The notes below the pieces were generated by a model. It did no database searches, was not told the origin of the DNA, and worked only from the letters and a program-made list of their open reading frames with translations. A program made the translations under genes and the position numbers. Shown here piece after piece: positions 44,557-54,966 of a stretch of 64,000 nucleotides of DNA; position 1 is the first letter of the stretch; every line of letters begins with the position of its first letter. The stretch is taken from contig CAWKHF010000005.1 of the NCBI GenBank assembly GCA_963849325.1, positions 576,001 through 640,000 on the forward strand. The letters run 5' to 3'. This stretch comes from an uncultured Planctomycetota bacterium. GTDB taxonomy: Bacteria > Planctomycetota > Planctomycetia > Gemmatales > Gemmataceae.

Positions 44557-45425
44557 GTGAGTCTGTTTAGCTGGTTCAAGTCGAAACCCAAGAGCAATCT
44601 GCCCACGGTCGATGTGCGCAGCGCTTCGAGCTACTCAACCGAACCGGCCAGGGCAGCATGTCGAAAGTGTGGCGGGCGCGCGACAAGAGCCTCGGCTTGA
44701 CCGTCTGCCTCAAGCTGCTGGACAAGGAGAAGACGGCCAAGTTCGAGATGCGTTTCGTCGGCCTCAACAAGCCGAGAGAAGGCGCCATCTGCACGTCGCT
44801 GCGGCACAAGAACATCGTCCAGACCCTGGAATATGGAATCAGCACCGAGGGCGAGCCGTTCCTGGTCATGGAGCTGGTCGATGGCATGGGACTGAACTTC
44901 CTGATCGAGACGAAAAGCAATCAGCTGGAAGGCAACCGTATCTCGATCCTGTCGCAGATGGCCGACGCTTTGGAATACCTGCACAACCAGCACTTCCTGC
45001 ACCGCGACATCTGCCCGCGCAACGTCATGGTGACGCGCGACGGCGTCGTCAAGATGATCGACTTCGGCCTGACGATCCCGAACCGGCCGGAGTTCTGCAA
45101 GCCCGGCAATCGCACCGGCACGCCGAACTACCTGGCCCCCGAGTTGATCCGCCGTTCGACCACGGACCATCGCGTCGATCTGTTCGCCCTGGGCGTAACG
45201 GCTTACGAGGTCTACACCGGTACGCTGCCGTGGGAGAAGGCCGAGTCGTTGCAAACCCTGCTCAGCCACATGAACAGCACCGGCAAGGATCCGCGCGAAG
45301 CCTGTCCGAAGATGGACAAACGGACGGCGCAGTTCCTGCTCAAGTCGATCGAGCGCGATCCGAATCAGCGCTTCCAGAATGCGGCCGATTTCCGCGAAGC
45401 GCTGCAGCAACTGCCCAAGGCGTAA
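44557..45425 (+). CDS. Serine/threonine protein kinase (kinase domain only); frameshift ~44615
   Basis: GQGSMSKVW, CLK, HRDICPRN, IDFG, GTPNYLAPE, DLFALG. Confidence 0.9.
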
Positions 45426-45444
45426 GTGTGGGCAGCCGCTCGCG

Positions 45445-45567
45445 GCTAAGAGTCTGTCCCCTACGGGTTGTGGCGGCACGTTTTCAACGTGCCGATCTGC
45501 TGGATTCTCCGGCCCTCCGGCACGTTGGAAACGTGCCGCCACAACCCGTAGGGGACAGACTCTTAGC
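45445..45567. mobile_element. 123-bp MITE-like palindrome with TAAGAGTCTGTC termini
   Basis: ~50-bp arms with one mismatch, 23-bp spacer, between convergent genes. Confidence 0.65.
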
Positions 45568-45589
45568 GCTGAGCCGCAAGCGGCTGATC

Positions 45590-47571
45590 TCAGCGCGTCG
45601 CCTCTTTCTCCAGGCGCGCGAAGGCGTCGGTCAGTCGGCCCAAGCGCGGCAGGAAGGGTTGCGCGGCCTCGACGGCGCGGAGGGCTTCGGTGCGGTTGCC
45701 TTCGTGGAACGCTTGCTCGCCGACGGTCAACAACCAGTCGAGACGGCGGTTCAACTCGGTCTCGCCGGCCGGACGTGTGAGCAGTTCGCGCACCAGCGGC
45801 GCGGCGGCGGACCACTTGCCCAGTTCGAGCTGCGCCTGCACGAAGATCTCCTGCGCCGGCACGACCAGGTCCTTGCGCCGCGGCTGTTCCTGCCATCGCG
45901 TGACGACCTCGCCGAGCATCTGCAAGCGGCGCGGCCCTTGCCGAGCGGCAGTCAGGGTACGGTCCCACTCCTGGAGCAACGGCAACTGGCCGGTTCGCGC
46001 CAGAATGTCCACGAAGGCCGTCCAGGCCTTCTCCTGGACGCGGCCATCTTCGCCGGCCAGCACGACGCGCCACAGCGCCGCCATCCGCGCCGGCGGCGCG
46101 CACTCGCCGAGCACGGTCGCGGCCCGGCTGCGCACGCCCGGATCGCTGTCGCGCAGCAGCAATTCCTCCAGACGCGCCAGCAATTTGTTCCGCTGCTCTT
46201 CGGAGAGACTCGCCCCGTCGCCGGCGGCGTGGGCCAGCGCTCCCACCAGATTGAAGCGCACCGTGGCGCAGGAGTCGTCCAGGGCGGCGAGCAAGCCGGG
46301 CAGCACGGACGGCTCGGCGACGCGCTCCAGCGCTTGCGCCGCCGCCTGCCGTACCGGCCCGGACGAATGGCGCAGCAGGCCGGTGAGCACGGGACCGGCC
46401 TCCAGGGCGCCCGAGCGCTCCGAGGTCTTCGGCCGCCTCGACCACCACTTCCAGGGCGGGATCGTCGAGTGCCTGTTGCAGAAGCGGCATGACCTGCTTG
46501 CGCCGCGCCGGGCCCTCGCCCTCGCGGCTCCGTGCGTGCAGGGCAAGGGAGTGCAGGGCGGCGGTACGCACGGCCGGAGCGTCGGCGTGCGTCAGCCGTT
46601 GCAGCCGCTCGAAGACGTCGGCTTCGTTGATGCCGCCGAGACCCAGCACCGCCGCCTGTTGCACTTGCACGGCGCTGTCGTGACTCAGTTGCAGCAGCAC
46701 CCGGGTGAGCTGGCGCTTGTGGGCCGTCTCCGCGGCCGGCAGCAGTTCGACGCTCCAGTTCACCACCAGGGTGCGCACCGCCGGGTCGTCCTGCTCCAGC
46801 AGCGATTGAAGGTGGCTGACGCGCTCGGCCCCGGACAGCCGGCCGTACAGCTGCTGCTGCAAGCGCAGCACCTCGGCGCGCGATCGGGCCAGGTCGCCCT
46901 CCAGGCGGTAGGCGCGGCTGGTCTGGTAGGCCAGGCGCGCCTCCAGCCAGCCTTCGTCCGTCAGATGCTGATGGCGTTGCCACCAATCCTGCCAGCGTGG
47001 GACGTTCGAGTCCGTAGTCCTGCCCGCTCAGATCGTGCAGGGCCGAGGCGGCGGCGCGGCGCAAGCGTTCGTCGCCGTCGTCCAGGTGGTCGAGCAGGGC
47101 GCGGGCGGCTCGTTTGCTGCCGCAGCGGCCCAGCGTCCACAAGGCGCTCTGCCGCACGGGCGGCTCCGCGTCTCGATCCGCGGCCAGTTGGCGCAGCCGG
47201 CTCACGAGGCGGGCATCCGGCAGCACGGCGAGCGTCTGCGCCGCCGCCTCGCGGATGGTCGGCCGCCGGGCGGACAGGGCCGCCAACAACTCATCGAGGA
47301 AGCGGCGGTCCTGGCGCAGGCGCACAGCGGCGGCGAGGGCGAGGAAGACCTCCACGTTTTCGATGCCGCGCAGGCCGTCGCGCACGGTCTTTTCGGCCCC
47401 GTCCAGCGTACCCTGCACCAGCAGCAGAGCGGCCTGGCTCTGGCCGTGCGCGTTCTGGTGGTCGTAAAGCATCTCGTGCAGATGAGCCAGGTCCGGGTCC
47501 GGCGGGGCGGCCGCGCCGCCTTCGCCGAGCAGCATCCCCAGGCCGAGCAAGACGGGTGGAATGGCTTGCAT
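45590..47571 (-). CDS. HEAT repeat protein, probably exported; frameshifted
   Basis: Signal-like N-terminus; repeated D....VR..AA..LG units. Confidence 0.82.
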
Positions 47572-47655
47572 GCGCTGGTCCCCCAAGGAAAGATGGATGT
47601 GCTGCTTTTGCCGGATCGTGGTGGGCCGGGCGAACATACCGGCTCCGTCGGAAAA

Positions 47656-47679
47656 TGACAAGGTGACAAGGTGACAAGG
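47656..47679. repeat. Octamer tandem repeat (TGACAAGG)x3
   Basis: Direct read in a divergent intergenic region. Confidence 0.7.
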
Positions 47680-47822
47680 CGGGGTCGTACAAAAGTCCTC
47701 TGGCCTTCCGCGCCGTCATTTGGGTATGGACAGAGGCGGCAGCCGACATCCGCTCGGCATCTCGTTTGCTTCCTCAAAAAACCAACGTTGAACGGAAACC
47801 CAGGATCTCGACGCAGGCAGCC

Positions 47823-49470
47823 ATGACGACGCACGAGGAAATGGCGTTCCCCGCCGACCGCCGGCTACGCATCTGGGTTCGCCCCTCGCTGGTGCTTCTG
47901 TTCGTCGTCCTCGCCGTGGCCCCGGTAATCGTGGCCTGGATCCAGTATCTCGTCTTCGGTCTGCCGCACTTGAGCGGCCGCCACGACCCCGCCGAGCCGG
48001 GACCGCACGGCTTCCCGGTTTGGCTCCGCTACGCCCACTACTTCAATCTCCTGTTCATGGTCCTCATCATCCGGGCCGGCCTTTCGATCCTGATGGACCA
48101 CCCGCGCCTGTACTGGAACGTCCACTGCACGCCCGGCTCGGAGTGGATTCGCTTCACGCCCCTGCGAGTGCCGACCGATCGCGTGTGGACGGCCAAGGAC
48201 GACGCTCGCTATCTTTCGCCGTGGCTGGGCCTGCCCGGCGGCCGGCACACCGTCGGCATGGCCCGGCACTGGCACTTCCTCTCCGTCCTGTTCTGGCTCG
48301 TCAACGGGTTTCTCTTCGTCATTCTGCTGTTCGCCACGGGACAGTGGCGGCGCATCCTGCCCTCCGATGCACGCATTTTTCCCGAGGCGTGGTCGGTCTT
48401 CGTCCACTATGCCACCTTCCACATGCCGCCCGAGCCGGACGGTTACTTCCGCTACAATTCGCTGCAACACCTGGCTTACGGCTCGGTGGTGTTCCTGCTG
48501 GCCCCGTTGTCGATCCTGACCGGCCTGGCCATGTCGCCGGCCGTGGGCAACCATTTCCCCTGGTATCCACGCCTGTTCGGCAACCGCCAGTGCGCCCGCT
48601 CGATCCACTTTCTGCTGCTACTGGGCTATCTCGGCTTCATCACTGTCCATGTCCTCATGGTGGTCATCACCGACCTGCCGCGAAACATGGACCACATCGT
48701 CCTGGGCACCGACGGCACTAGCCACGAAGGGCTGTTGCTCGGCGCCGTGGGCATCGCGGTAATCCTCTTCGCCTGCTATGCGGCGCACTGGTTGTCGTGG
48801 CACCGTCCGCGGGCCGTGCAGTACGTCATTCGTTCGGTCATCGAAGGACTGATGCGGCTGTTCATCAACCCGCTGGCGCCTCGCGCGCCAGTACACTCGG
48901 AAGGACATTTCGCCGTTTTTCTGGCCCAACGGCAAGATGCCCACCAGCGACGAGTGGAAGCAGCTGGCCGACAAGGATTTCCGCGATTATCGTCTGTGCG
49001 TCGGCGGGCTGGTCGAGAAGCCGGTTGAGCTGTCGCTGGCGGAAATCAAGGCGCTGGGCAAGCGCGAGCAAATCACGACACACCACTGCATCCAGGGCTG
49101 GACGGGCATCGCCGAATGGGGCGGTCTGCCGCTGTCGAAGCTCGTCGAGCTGGTTCGACCGAAACCGGAAGCGAAATGGGTGGTCTTCCACTCCTTCGGC
49201 GAGGGGCTGTACGGCGGCGAGTATTACGATTGCCACACTCTCGAAAACGTACTCCATCCGCAAAGCCTCTTGGCCTACGAGATGAACTACCAGCCGCTCA
49301 ACCATCTGCACGGTGCCCCGTTACGGCTGCGCATTGAGAACCAACTCGGCTACAAGCAGGTGAAGTGGATTCGTGCCATCGAGTTCGTCGCCGACATCAA
49401 ACACGTGGGCAAGGGCCACGGCGGCAAGAACGAGGACGATGAGTATTATGACCTCATCGCCAACATTTAG
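47823..49470 (+). CDS. Cytochrome b-like membrane domain fused to sulfite-oxidase-family (MsrP-like) molybdopterin domain; frameshift ~48885
   Basis: HPRLYW, ARHWHF, YNSLQ, ARSIHF, HCIQGW, HGAPLRLR..QLGYKQVKW. Confidence 0.88.
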
Positions 49471-49490
49471 CTGAGGACGTACAGACTCAT
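49467..49490 (-). pseudogene. Possible remnant of a VapC/PIN toxin 5' end (MSLYVLS*)
   Basis: ATGA overlap with the upstream antitoxin-like gene; MSLYVL matches typical PIN starts (MSLYVLDTD). Confidence 0.4.
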
Positions 49491-49786
49491 GGCGCGTCGG
49501 CGTCCTCGTCTACTTTCTTGCGGTATTCCTCGATGGACCGTTTCCAGTCCTCGATCCAGGGATCGCCCTTGAACATGCCGGCGAAGGCCATCCACGGATG
49601 CGGGGCCACTCCGACCTCAAGCCCCACTAGCTCCGCTCCTTTCTTGAGGCGGCCCTCAATTTTGGCGCGCAGCTTGGCCAGCGCCTCCACGCGGGTGGCG
49701 CCTTTGGCACCGACCGCGAACGGTCCCATGCTTCGGGCTCGGTAGCCATTCCTCGCAAGAGGTTCGATCAGGACAGGAATCTGCAT
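49487..49786 (-). CDS. HicB-like fold putative antitoxin
   Basis: IPVLIEP...GYRA...GATRVEAL..L; HPW..FAGMF. Confidence 0.6.
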   Translation of the reverse strand: MQIPVLIEPLARNGYRARSMGPFAVGAKGATRVEALAKLRAKIEGRLKKGAELVGLEVGVAPHPWMAFAGMFKGDPWIEDWKRSIEEYRKKVDEDADAP

Positions 49787-49825
49787 GGCTCGTTCTCCCA
49801 GGGGTTCGAGTGGTCCCGTCTCATT

Positions 49826-50041
49826 CTATCGCGCGGCTCCGTCACTCGCGGACAAGGCAAATTCGATCGCGTGAGGCGCCTTGACCTGTTTGGAGGCATC
49901 CAGCAGTTCGATGGAAACGAGTCGGCCGGCTTTGTCGTAATCGAGGATGAAGCCGGGATCCGACTCGTCGCTTTCGGCCACCTTGCCAGGGCGCAGGATG
50001 ATCGAGAGCGTGTCGGTTTCTTTGTCGTAGATGATTTTCAC
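49826..50041 (-). CDS. DUF2283 domain protein (putative antitoxin)
   Basis: KIIYDKETDTLSI, ILDYDKAGRLVSIELLDAS. Confidence 0.9.
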   Translation of the reverse strand: MKIIYDKETDTLSIILRPGKVAESDESDPGFILDYDKAGRLVSIELLDASKQVKAPHAIEFALSASDGAAR

Positions 50042-50148
50042 GGCGTTCTCCCGTACTTGGCGACGCTGCTGGTTTAGGTGCGGCTCGTCGGAGTGCTTCC
50101 TCTTGATCCACTTGAAGCCTTCGTACTTCGTAATGGCGGCCGATTCTC

Positions 50149-50387
50149 TTATGCTTCCCGATAAGGCGCAAGAAATCGTGGCGAGAGATGTTGGCCTGCG
50201 TGCAGATGGCTCGCAGCGTCGAGCCTTTGAGCCGCCGGTGATTCGGCATGGTCAAGGGCGTCTGGGTGCCATCGGCATTGTCTCGTACCATCGAGATGTG
50301 CTCCTGCTCGCGGACCAACCGGAAGCCCAGGCTTTCGAGCGCCTTCACCACGCGCTGCTTGGGAGCATCTCGGGGAAATTTCGCCAT
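50149..50387 (-). CDS. hicA: HicA family toxin; one frameshift near the C-terminus
   Basis: VVKALESLGF..VRE.EH..M, MPNH..LKGSTLRAI; alternate frame ends YREA*. Confidence 0.85.
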
Positions 50388-50653
50388 TACATCGTCACCT
50401 CCGCCTCGGCGACGAACGCCTCCAGCACGGGTGATTCGACGTCCAGCACCTGCTTTCCAAAGGTCTCGATGTGGAAGCGAATGGCGGATTTCACGTCGGC
50501 CATCGCTTGCTCATAGCTGTCGCCTTCGCCAACCACCACGCTCTTCAGTCCCAGCGGATAAGCCACATAGCCATCCGCGTGCTTCTCGACAATGATCTTG
50601 ACCGCCTCCACCGGCGTCCGCTTGTCTCGCTTATTGGATTTGCGTTTGTTCAT
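50387..50653 (-). CDS. hicB: HicB family antitoxin (short form)
   Basis: IIVEKHADGYVAYP...GEGDSYEQAMADVKSAI. Confidence 0.85.
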   Translation of the reverse strand: MNKRKSNKRDKRTPVEAVKIIVEKHADGYVAYPLGLKSVVVGEGDSYEQAMADVKSAIRFHIETFGKQVLDVESPVLEAFVAEAEVTM

Positions 50654-50751
50654 GCGATTTCCTCCACAATCCAAAAACCCTCAGCCGTTAGCCCGTACAG
50701 ATTGTACACCAGCGGGTCAATCAGGTGGTCGGCGGCGTTGATTTGGCGCCT
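50650..50751 (-). pseudogene. Displaced 3' end of a Type IIG restriction-modification gene
   Basis: Translates RRQINAADHLIDPLVYNLYGLTAEGFWIVEEIA*; stop overlaps the hicB ATG. Confidence 0.75.
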
Positions 50752-50802
50752 GTCGCTTTTACATATTCTGATATTTTACTATTCAGGTGTACTGTACAGG
50801 CG

Positions 50803-50831
50803 TTGACTTATTAGAAGGCCAAAGGTAGAAT
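50803..50831 (+). promoter_or_regulatory. Near-consensus sigma70 promoter upstream of the cyclase-effector pair
   Basis: TTGACT-N17-TAGAAT. Confidence 0.65.
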
Positions 50832-51072
50832 CAACACATGAGTTTCTGGTTGGAGGCTGGAACGATGTTGGGGTTCTTCATTCAACGCAACAGGTTTATC
50901 GAGGGCGGTTCAACCTGAGTTGGCGCGAGCGAATCGAGCAGGAACTCCGCGCATACTTCGACCCGACCTGTGGCAAGCAGTAATCATCGAACCCCCCGAC
51001 GCTGAAGCGAGTGGGGGCGTCGTTTTTTCTGGATAAGTCCCTGGCCTTTTCCGACCCAGAAAGAGTTCGCCG

Positions 51073-51855
51073 ATGCCCATCGCCTTGATTGCTGATCTCC
51101 TTAACTTCGCACAGAATTGCCTTAACGAGGCGGAGAAAGCTGCCAAGGCAATTCACCTTTCCACCTTCCGCGAGTCGGTAGATACTGTGAAAAACTACCG
51201 GGCGCGCCTGCTCGCCGATGAACCCGGCTACTCGGAAGTCAAGACTTTCCGGGGAATGCGTGCATGGGGTGCACTGCTTGCGTTCGACTTGCGCAAGTCC
51301 AGTGCGCGGGCATTGGAGTTGGGACCGCGAGATACGTACCTGACAATGCATACATACTTGCCTACGATGCTGTCTCTCATCAGTAGCGCGGGCGGAATCG
51401 TGGTGGGGTTGCGGGGAGATGGTGCGATCACCTGCTTCGGGCTAGTTGACCAGTCCGAGGGAGAACCAAAGGTAAGCAGCGAACAGGCAGCCAAGGCCGT
51501 GCGGCAAGCATGTCGGTGCGGTGACGCGATGGTTAAGGCCATCGATCTGGTGGTGAACAAGGTGCTCGTGGCGGCTGATATTCGCGGCGGCTTACAACTC
51601 GGTGTTGGCATTGATGTAGGTAATATTGTCGCCACCAACATTGGACTAGGGAGTGCCAGTGAACTCACTGCATATGGAGATTGCGTCAACAAATGCTGCA
51701 AGCGCAGCTGCGCAAATAACGGCGTCATCCTGACGCTCGCCGCCAAACGAATGTTCCCAAAATCAGAAGGAGGAAAAACCGCATTCCACCGCTACAAGGA
51801 CGAATCCGATGCTTTTTTGCTCCGTTATCCGACCACTTACAAAACGCTTGGTTAA
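51073..51855 (+). CDS. Class III nucleotide cyclase, Pycsar PycC-like
   Basis: AFDLRKSS, LRGDG, GVGIDVG, GDCVNKCCK; adjacent to a PycTM-like gene; lower GC. Confidence 0.8.
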   Translation: MPIALIADLLNFAQNCLNEAEKAAKAIHLSTFRESVDTVKNYRARLLADEPGYSEVKTFRGMRAWGALLAFDLRKSSARALELGPRDTYLTMHTYLPTMLSLISSAGGIVVGLRGDGAITCFGLVDQSEGEPKVSSEQAAKAVRQACRCGDAMVKAIDLVVNKVLVAADIRGGLQLGVGIDVGNIVATNIGLGSASELTAYGDCVNKCCKRSCANNGVILTLAAKRMFPKSEGGKTAFHRYKDESDAFLLRYPTTYKTLG

Positions 51856-51892
51856 GCTTTAGCATTTAGCAGTCCTATTTTGGAGAGCACAG

Positions 51893-52429
51893 ATGAGTAA
51901 CGCCGTGGCTGAGCCGAACCTTCAGGCGCACCAACTCGACTTCGCCTGGAAAACTCACGAATATATCAATAACTACATTCGTTTTGCCGATACAAAGGCT
52001 GCGCTCATTATCGCCTGGAGTTCTGCGATTCTGGGCACACTTTACGTTGGCCGTCTCCATGAGGCGGTTATGCAGAGCCACTTCACGTTTAAAGGTATTT
52101 CCTGGGCAACAACGCTAGCGACGCTGGCGTTCCCTCTCTTGGGCGTATCGTTTCTCGCCGCAGCATGGTCAATCATCCCTCGCCTTCCGACGAAACAATT
52201 GAGCGGGTTGGTTTTCTGGGAAAGTATTCTGGTGCATGCGAGTGGCGATTTGTATGCAAACGAGCTCGGGAGGAATGACACTAACCAACTCACCCGTCAT
52301 CTCTGCCTTCAGATCCACACAGTCGCTGCCGTGGCTCGGAAAAAGTATTTGTGTATTACACTCAGCATGTGGATCGCTTTATCCGGGACGATCCTCGGCA
52401 TTCTCTCGATCCTGATCAAAGCTGCCTGA
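51893..52429 (+). CDS. Pycsar transmembrane effector (PycTM / DUF5706-like)
   Basis: INNYIRFADTKA, three hydrophobic helices, IIPRL, LVFWESI, VARKKY. Confidence 0.88.
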   Translation: MSNAVAEPNLQAHQLDFAWKTHEYINNYIRFADTKAALIIAWSSAILGTLYVGRLHEAVMQSHFTFKGISWATTLATLAFPLLGVSFLAAAWSIIPRLPTKQLSGLVFWESILVHASGDLYANELGRNDTNQLTRHLCLQIHTVAAVARKKYLCITLSMWIALSGTILGILSILIKAA

Positions 52430-52456
52430 ACAGGGTAAAAGCCGTGAAAGCGCGAA

Positions 52457-53007
52457 TCACGGCTTGGTGGCTTCGAAGATCTGGATTTCTTCATCGGTCA
52501 AGCCGTACAACTCGTAGACCAGTTGTTCAATCTGACGATCCGTGGCGTCGATCTGGCGTTTGACGACGGTTTGGTTCTGCGGCGTCTTGGCGGCGGTGAA
52601 TTGTTGCGGCAATCGTAGACGGCGAACTCCTCGAAGTCGGTGAGGACCGACAGCGGCAGTTTGCCGGTCCAGGCGTAGCGGCGGAGCTGGTAGGCGGGGG
52701 CGGGATCGTCCTTCAAGTTGACGGAGGGCCGCTTGGCTTCGAGGAAGAACTTGGGCGTGCCGCCGACGCGGAAGCAGTAGTCGGGGGCCTTGGTGGCGCC
52801 GCCGATCTTGATGGCGGCCTCGTGGATGACGTCCTTGTAGGCTTCGGCGTAGCCCTGCTCGTTGTCCATGTCCCAGCCGAGGGACTTGAAGAAGGGATTG
52901 ATAAACTCCTGGCGGACCTGCGCCTCGTTGTAATGGGGCGAATGGTAGGCGTCGGCGTTGCGGCGGAAGAGATCGATCAGTTCGAGGACTTTCTGCGGAG
53001 CACTCAT
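52457..53007 (-). pseudogene. Type IIG restriction-modification gene with a large internal deletion
   Basis: N-terminal nuclease region (YNEAQVRQEFINPFF..LGWD, APDY.F..FFLEAK, YQLRRYAW, LTDFEEFAVYDCR) joined at ~52607, out of frame, to the tail RQIDATDRQIEQLVYELYGLTDEEI; methylase and specificity regions absent. Confidence 0.85.
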
Positions 53008-53009
53008 CG

Positions 53010-54262
53010 TTACTCTCTGTTCTCGATGCGATACAGATGCGTCAACGTGCGGACGAACAGGGCATTGCCGGACACGGCGGGCGAGGCCCGGCAGCCGTCG
53101 TCCAGCTTGTTCGTGGCCAGCTTCTTCCACTGTCGTCCGGCCGCGATCACGTGTCCCCGCCCGTCCTCATCGAAAAAGTACAGTCGGCCGTCGGCGTAGA
53201 TCGGCGACGCCCAGAACATGCCGCCGATGCGCTCCTGCCATACCGACTGGCCCGTCTTCGCTTCGGTGCAGAAGACGATGCCGTCCTTGTTCACCATGTA
53301 GAGCAGATCGTCCACCAGGATCGGCGACGACCGCGACGGCACACTGTTCTTGTTCTTAATCGTCCAATCGATATTCGTCTGGGTGATGTCGCCGCTGCCG
53401 TCCGGCGCACGGCCAGCAGTCGCAGCCCTCCGTCGCCGGTACACAGAAACAGCTTGCCCTGGCCGGACAGCGGCGGCGTCGTCGCGTTCATGCCGCCGTG
53501 ATAGACCTTCCACAACTCCTCGCCCGTCTTCGGGTCGTAAGCGATGGTCGCCATCGCCGCCGGGCTGACCAGCTCCGGTTTGCCGCCGACGGTGACGAGC
53601 GACGGCGTGGCGAACGCTTTCTTGGCGTCGCCGTTGGTCGTCTTGTAGTCGATGTCGCGGTCCTTCTTCCATACGGTTCGGCCCGTCTTCTTGTCCAGGG
53701 CGGCCACGAATTGCACGTCGTAGCCGTCGAATTGCAGAAACAGCAGATCGCCGGAAAGGATTGGCGACGAGGCGGCTCCGCGAAAGTGGTCGCAGTGCAG
53801 GTCGCGCCGCTGCCACAGCGTTTGCCCGGTCTTCGTGTCCAGGCAGGCCGTGCCGTAGGTGCCGAAATGGACGTAGACTCGGCCCTCCTCGACGGCCGGC
53901 GTCGGCGAGGCGAAACTGTTGTAAGACGCCCACAGGCGGCTCGGCTCCTCGACGTCGAAGACCTTGATGTCGTGCAGCACCTTGCCGCTGTTGCGATCGA
54001 CGCAGACGGCGAACAGGCGCGTGCCGTCGGCGCGTGCCGTCGTCATCCACACCTGATCGCCCCACACCACCGGCGACGACCAGCCCTTGTCGTGGATGCG
54101 CGTCTTCCAGACCACGTTCTTGCTCTCGCTCCATTCTAGCGGCAGCTTCGCCGCGTCGGCGCGGCCGTCGCCGTGCGGGCCGCGGAACTGCGGCCAATTC
54201 TCCGCACCGGCGGTGGTGACGAGGAGGGGCAGAAGCAGAAGCGGCATCAAGGAGGTACGCAT
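53010..54262 (-). CDS. PQQ-binding-like beta-propeller (BamB-like) exported protein; frameshift ~53405
   Basis: ENWPQFRGP, GWSSPVV, ASPTP, ASPAV...RT..HLYRI. Confidence 0.9.
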
Positions 54263-54351
54263 GGGGAACTCGATTGTTGGGGGCAGATCATCAGGTGGGA
54301 TTGCGGGGCGCCTACGGAGGTTTATAGCAAAGCACACGGCTGGCGTCGCGG

Positions 54352-54896
54352 CTAAACGAGCTGTCGCAGTTCGCCGAACAGCCGAGCGAGATCGGCCGCC
54401 GAATGATGGGCATTCAGTCCGCTGGGATTGGGTAACACCCAGATTTGTGCCTCGCCCAGCTTCTCCGGTTGAAGACCCAGGACGGCGCGCGGCCGCGCGA
54501 ATGCCGTGCGGTAGGCCGTGATTCCCAGGAAGGCGATGAACTGCGGCCGATAGCGTGCGACCTTCCGCTTCAGGATGTCGGCGCCCTGGCGCAGCTCGTC
54601 CTCGGTCAGCTCGTCGGCGCGGTGCTGGCGCGGGCGACGAGGTTGGTGATGCCGTAGCCGCGCGACAGCAGCTCGCGCTCCTCGTAGGGCGACAGCAAGC
54701 GATCGGTGAAGCCGGCCGCGAACAGCGCCGGCCAGAAACGGTTGCCCGGCCGGCCGAAATGATGTCCGATCGCCGCCGTGTACAGGCCGGGGTTGATGCC
54801 GCAGAAGAGGACTTTCAGCTCGGGGGCCATGACGTCAGGGACTGTCTTGCCCTCGGCGGCGGCGATCTCGGCACGAGTGGGTCTGCGCGGCCCCAC
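54352..54896 (-). CDS. mug: G/U mismatch-specific DNA glycosylase; frameshift ~54620
   Basis: VLFCGINPG, GNRFW, WVLPNPSGLNAH. Confidence 0.9.
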
Positions 54897-54966
54897 GAAG
54901 CTCCCCCCGGACGATCAGGGCGTCCCTTCGCGGTAGGTATCGGGCGACCGGCGGCGTCCCTCGTCA

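Noticed and set aside
142-49470. MOSC, cysteine desulfurase and two Mo enzymes as one Moco-sulfuration system
   Set aside because: They are scattered over ~49 kb in separate transcription units; no linkage evidence.
49842-50148. 181-aa extended HicA
   Set aside because: The extension arises from a frameshift and overlaps DUF2283; the normal-length end YREA* lies in the adjacent frame.
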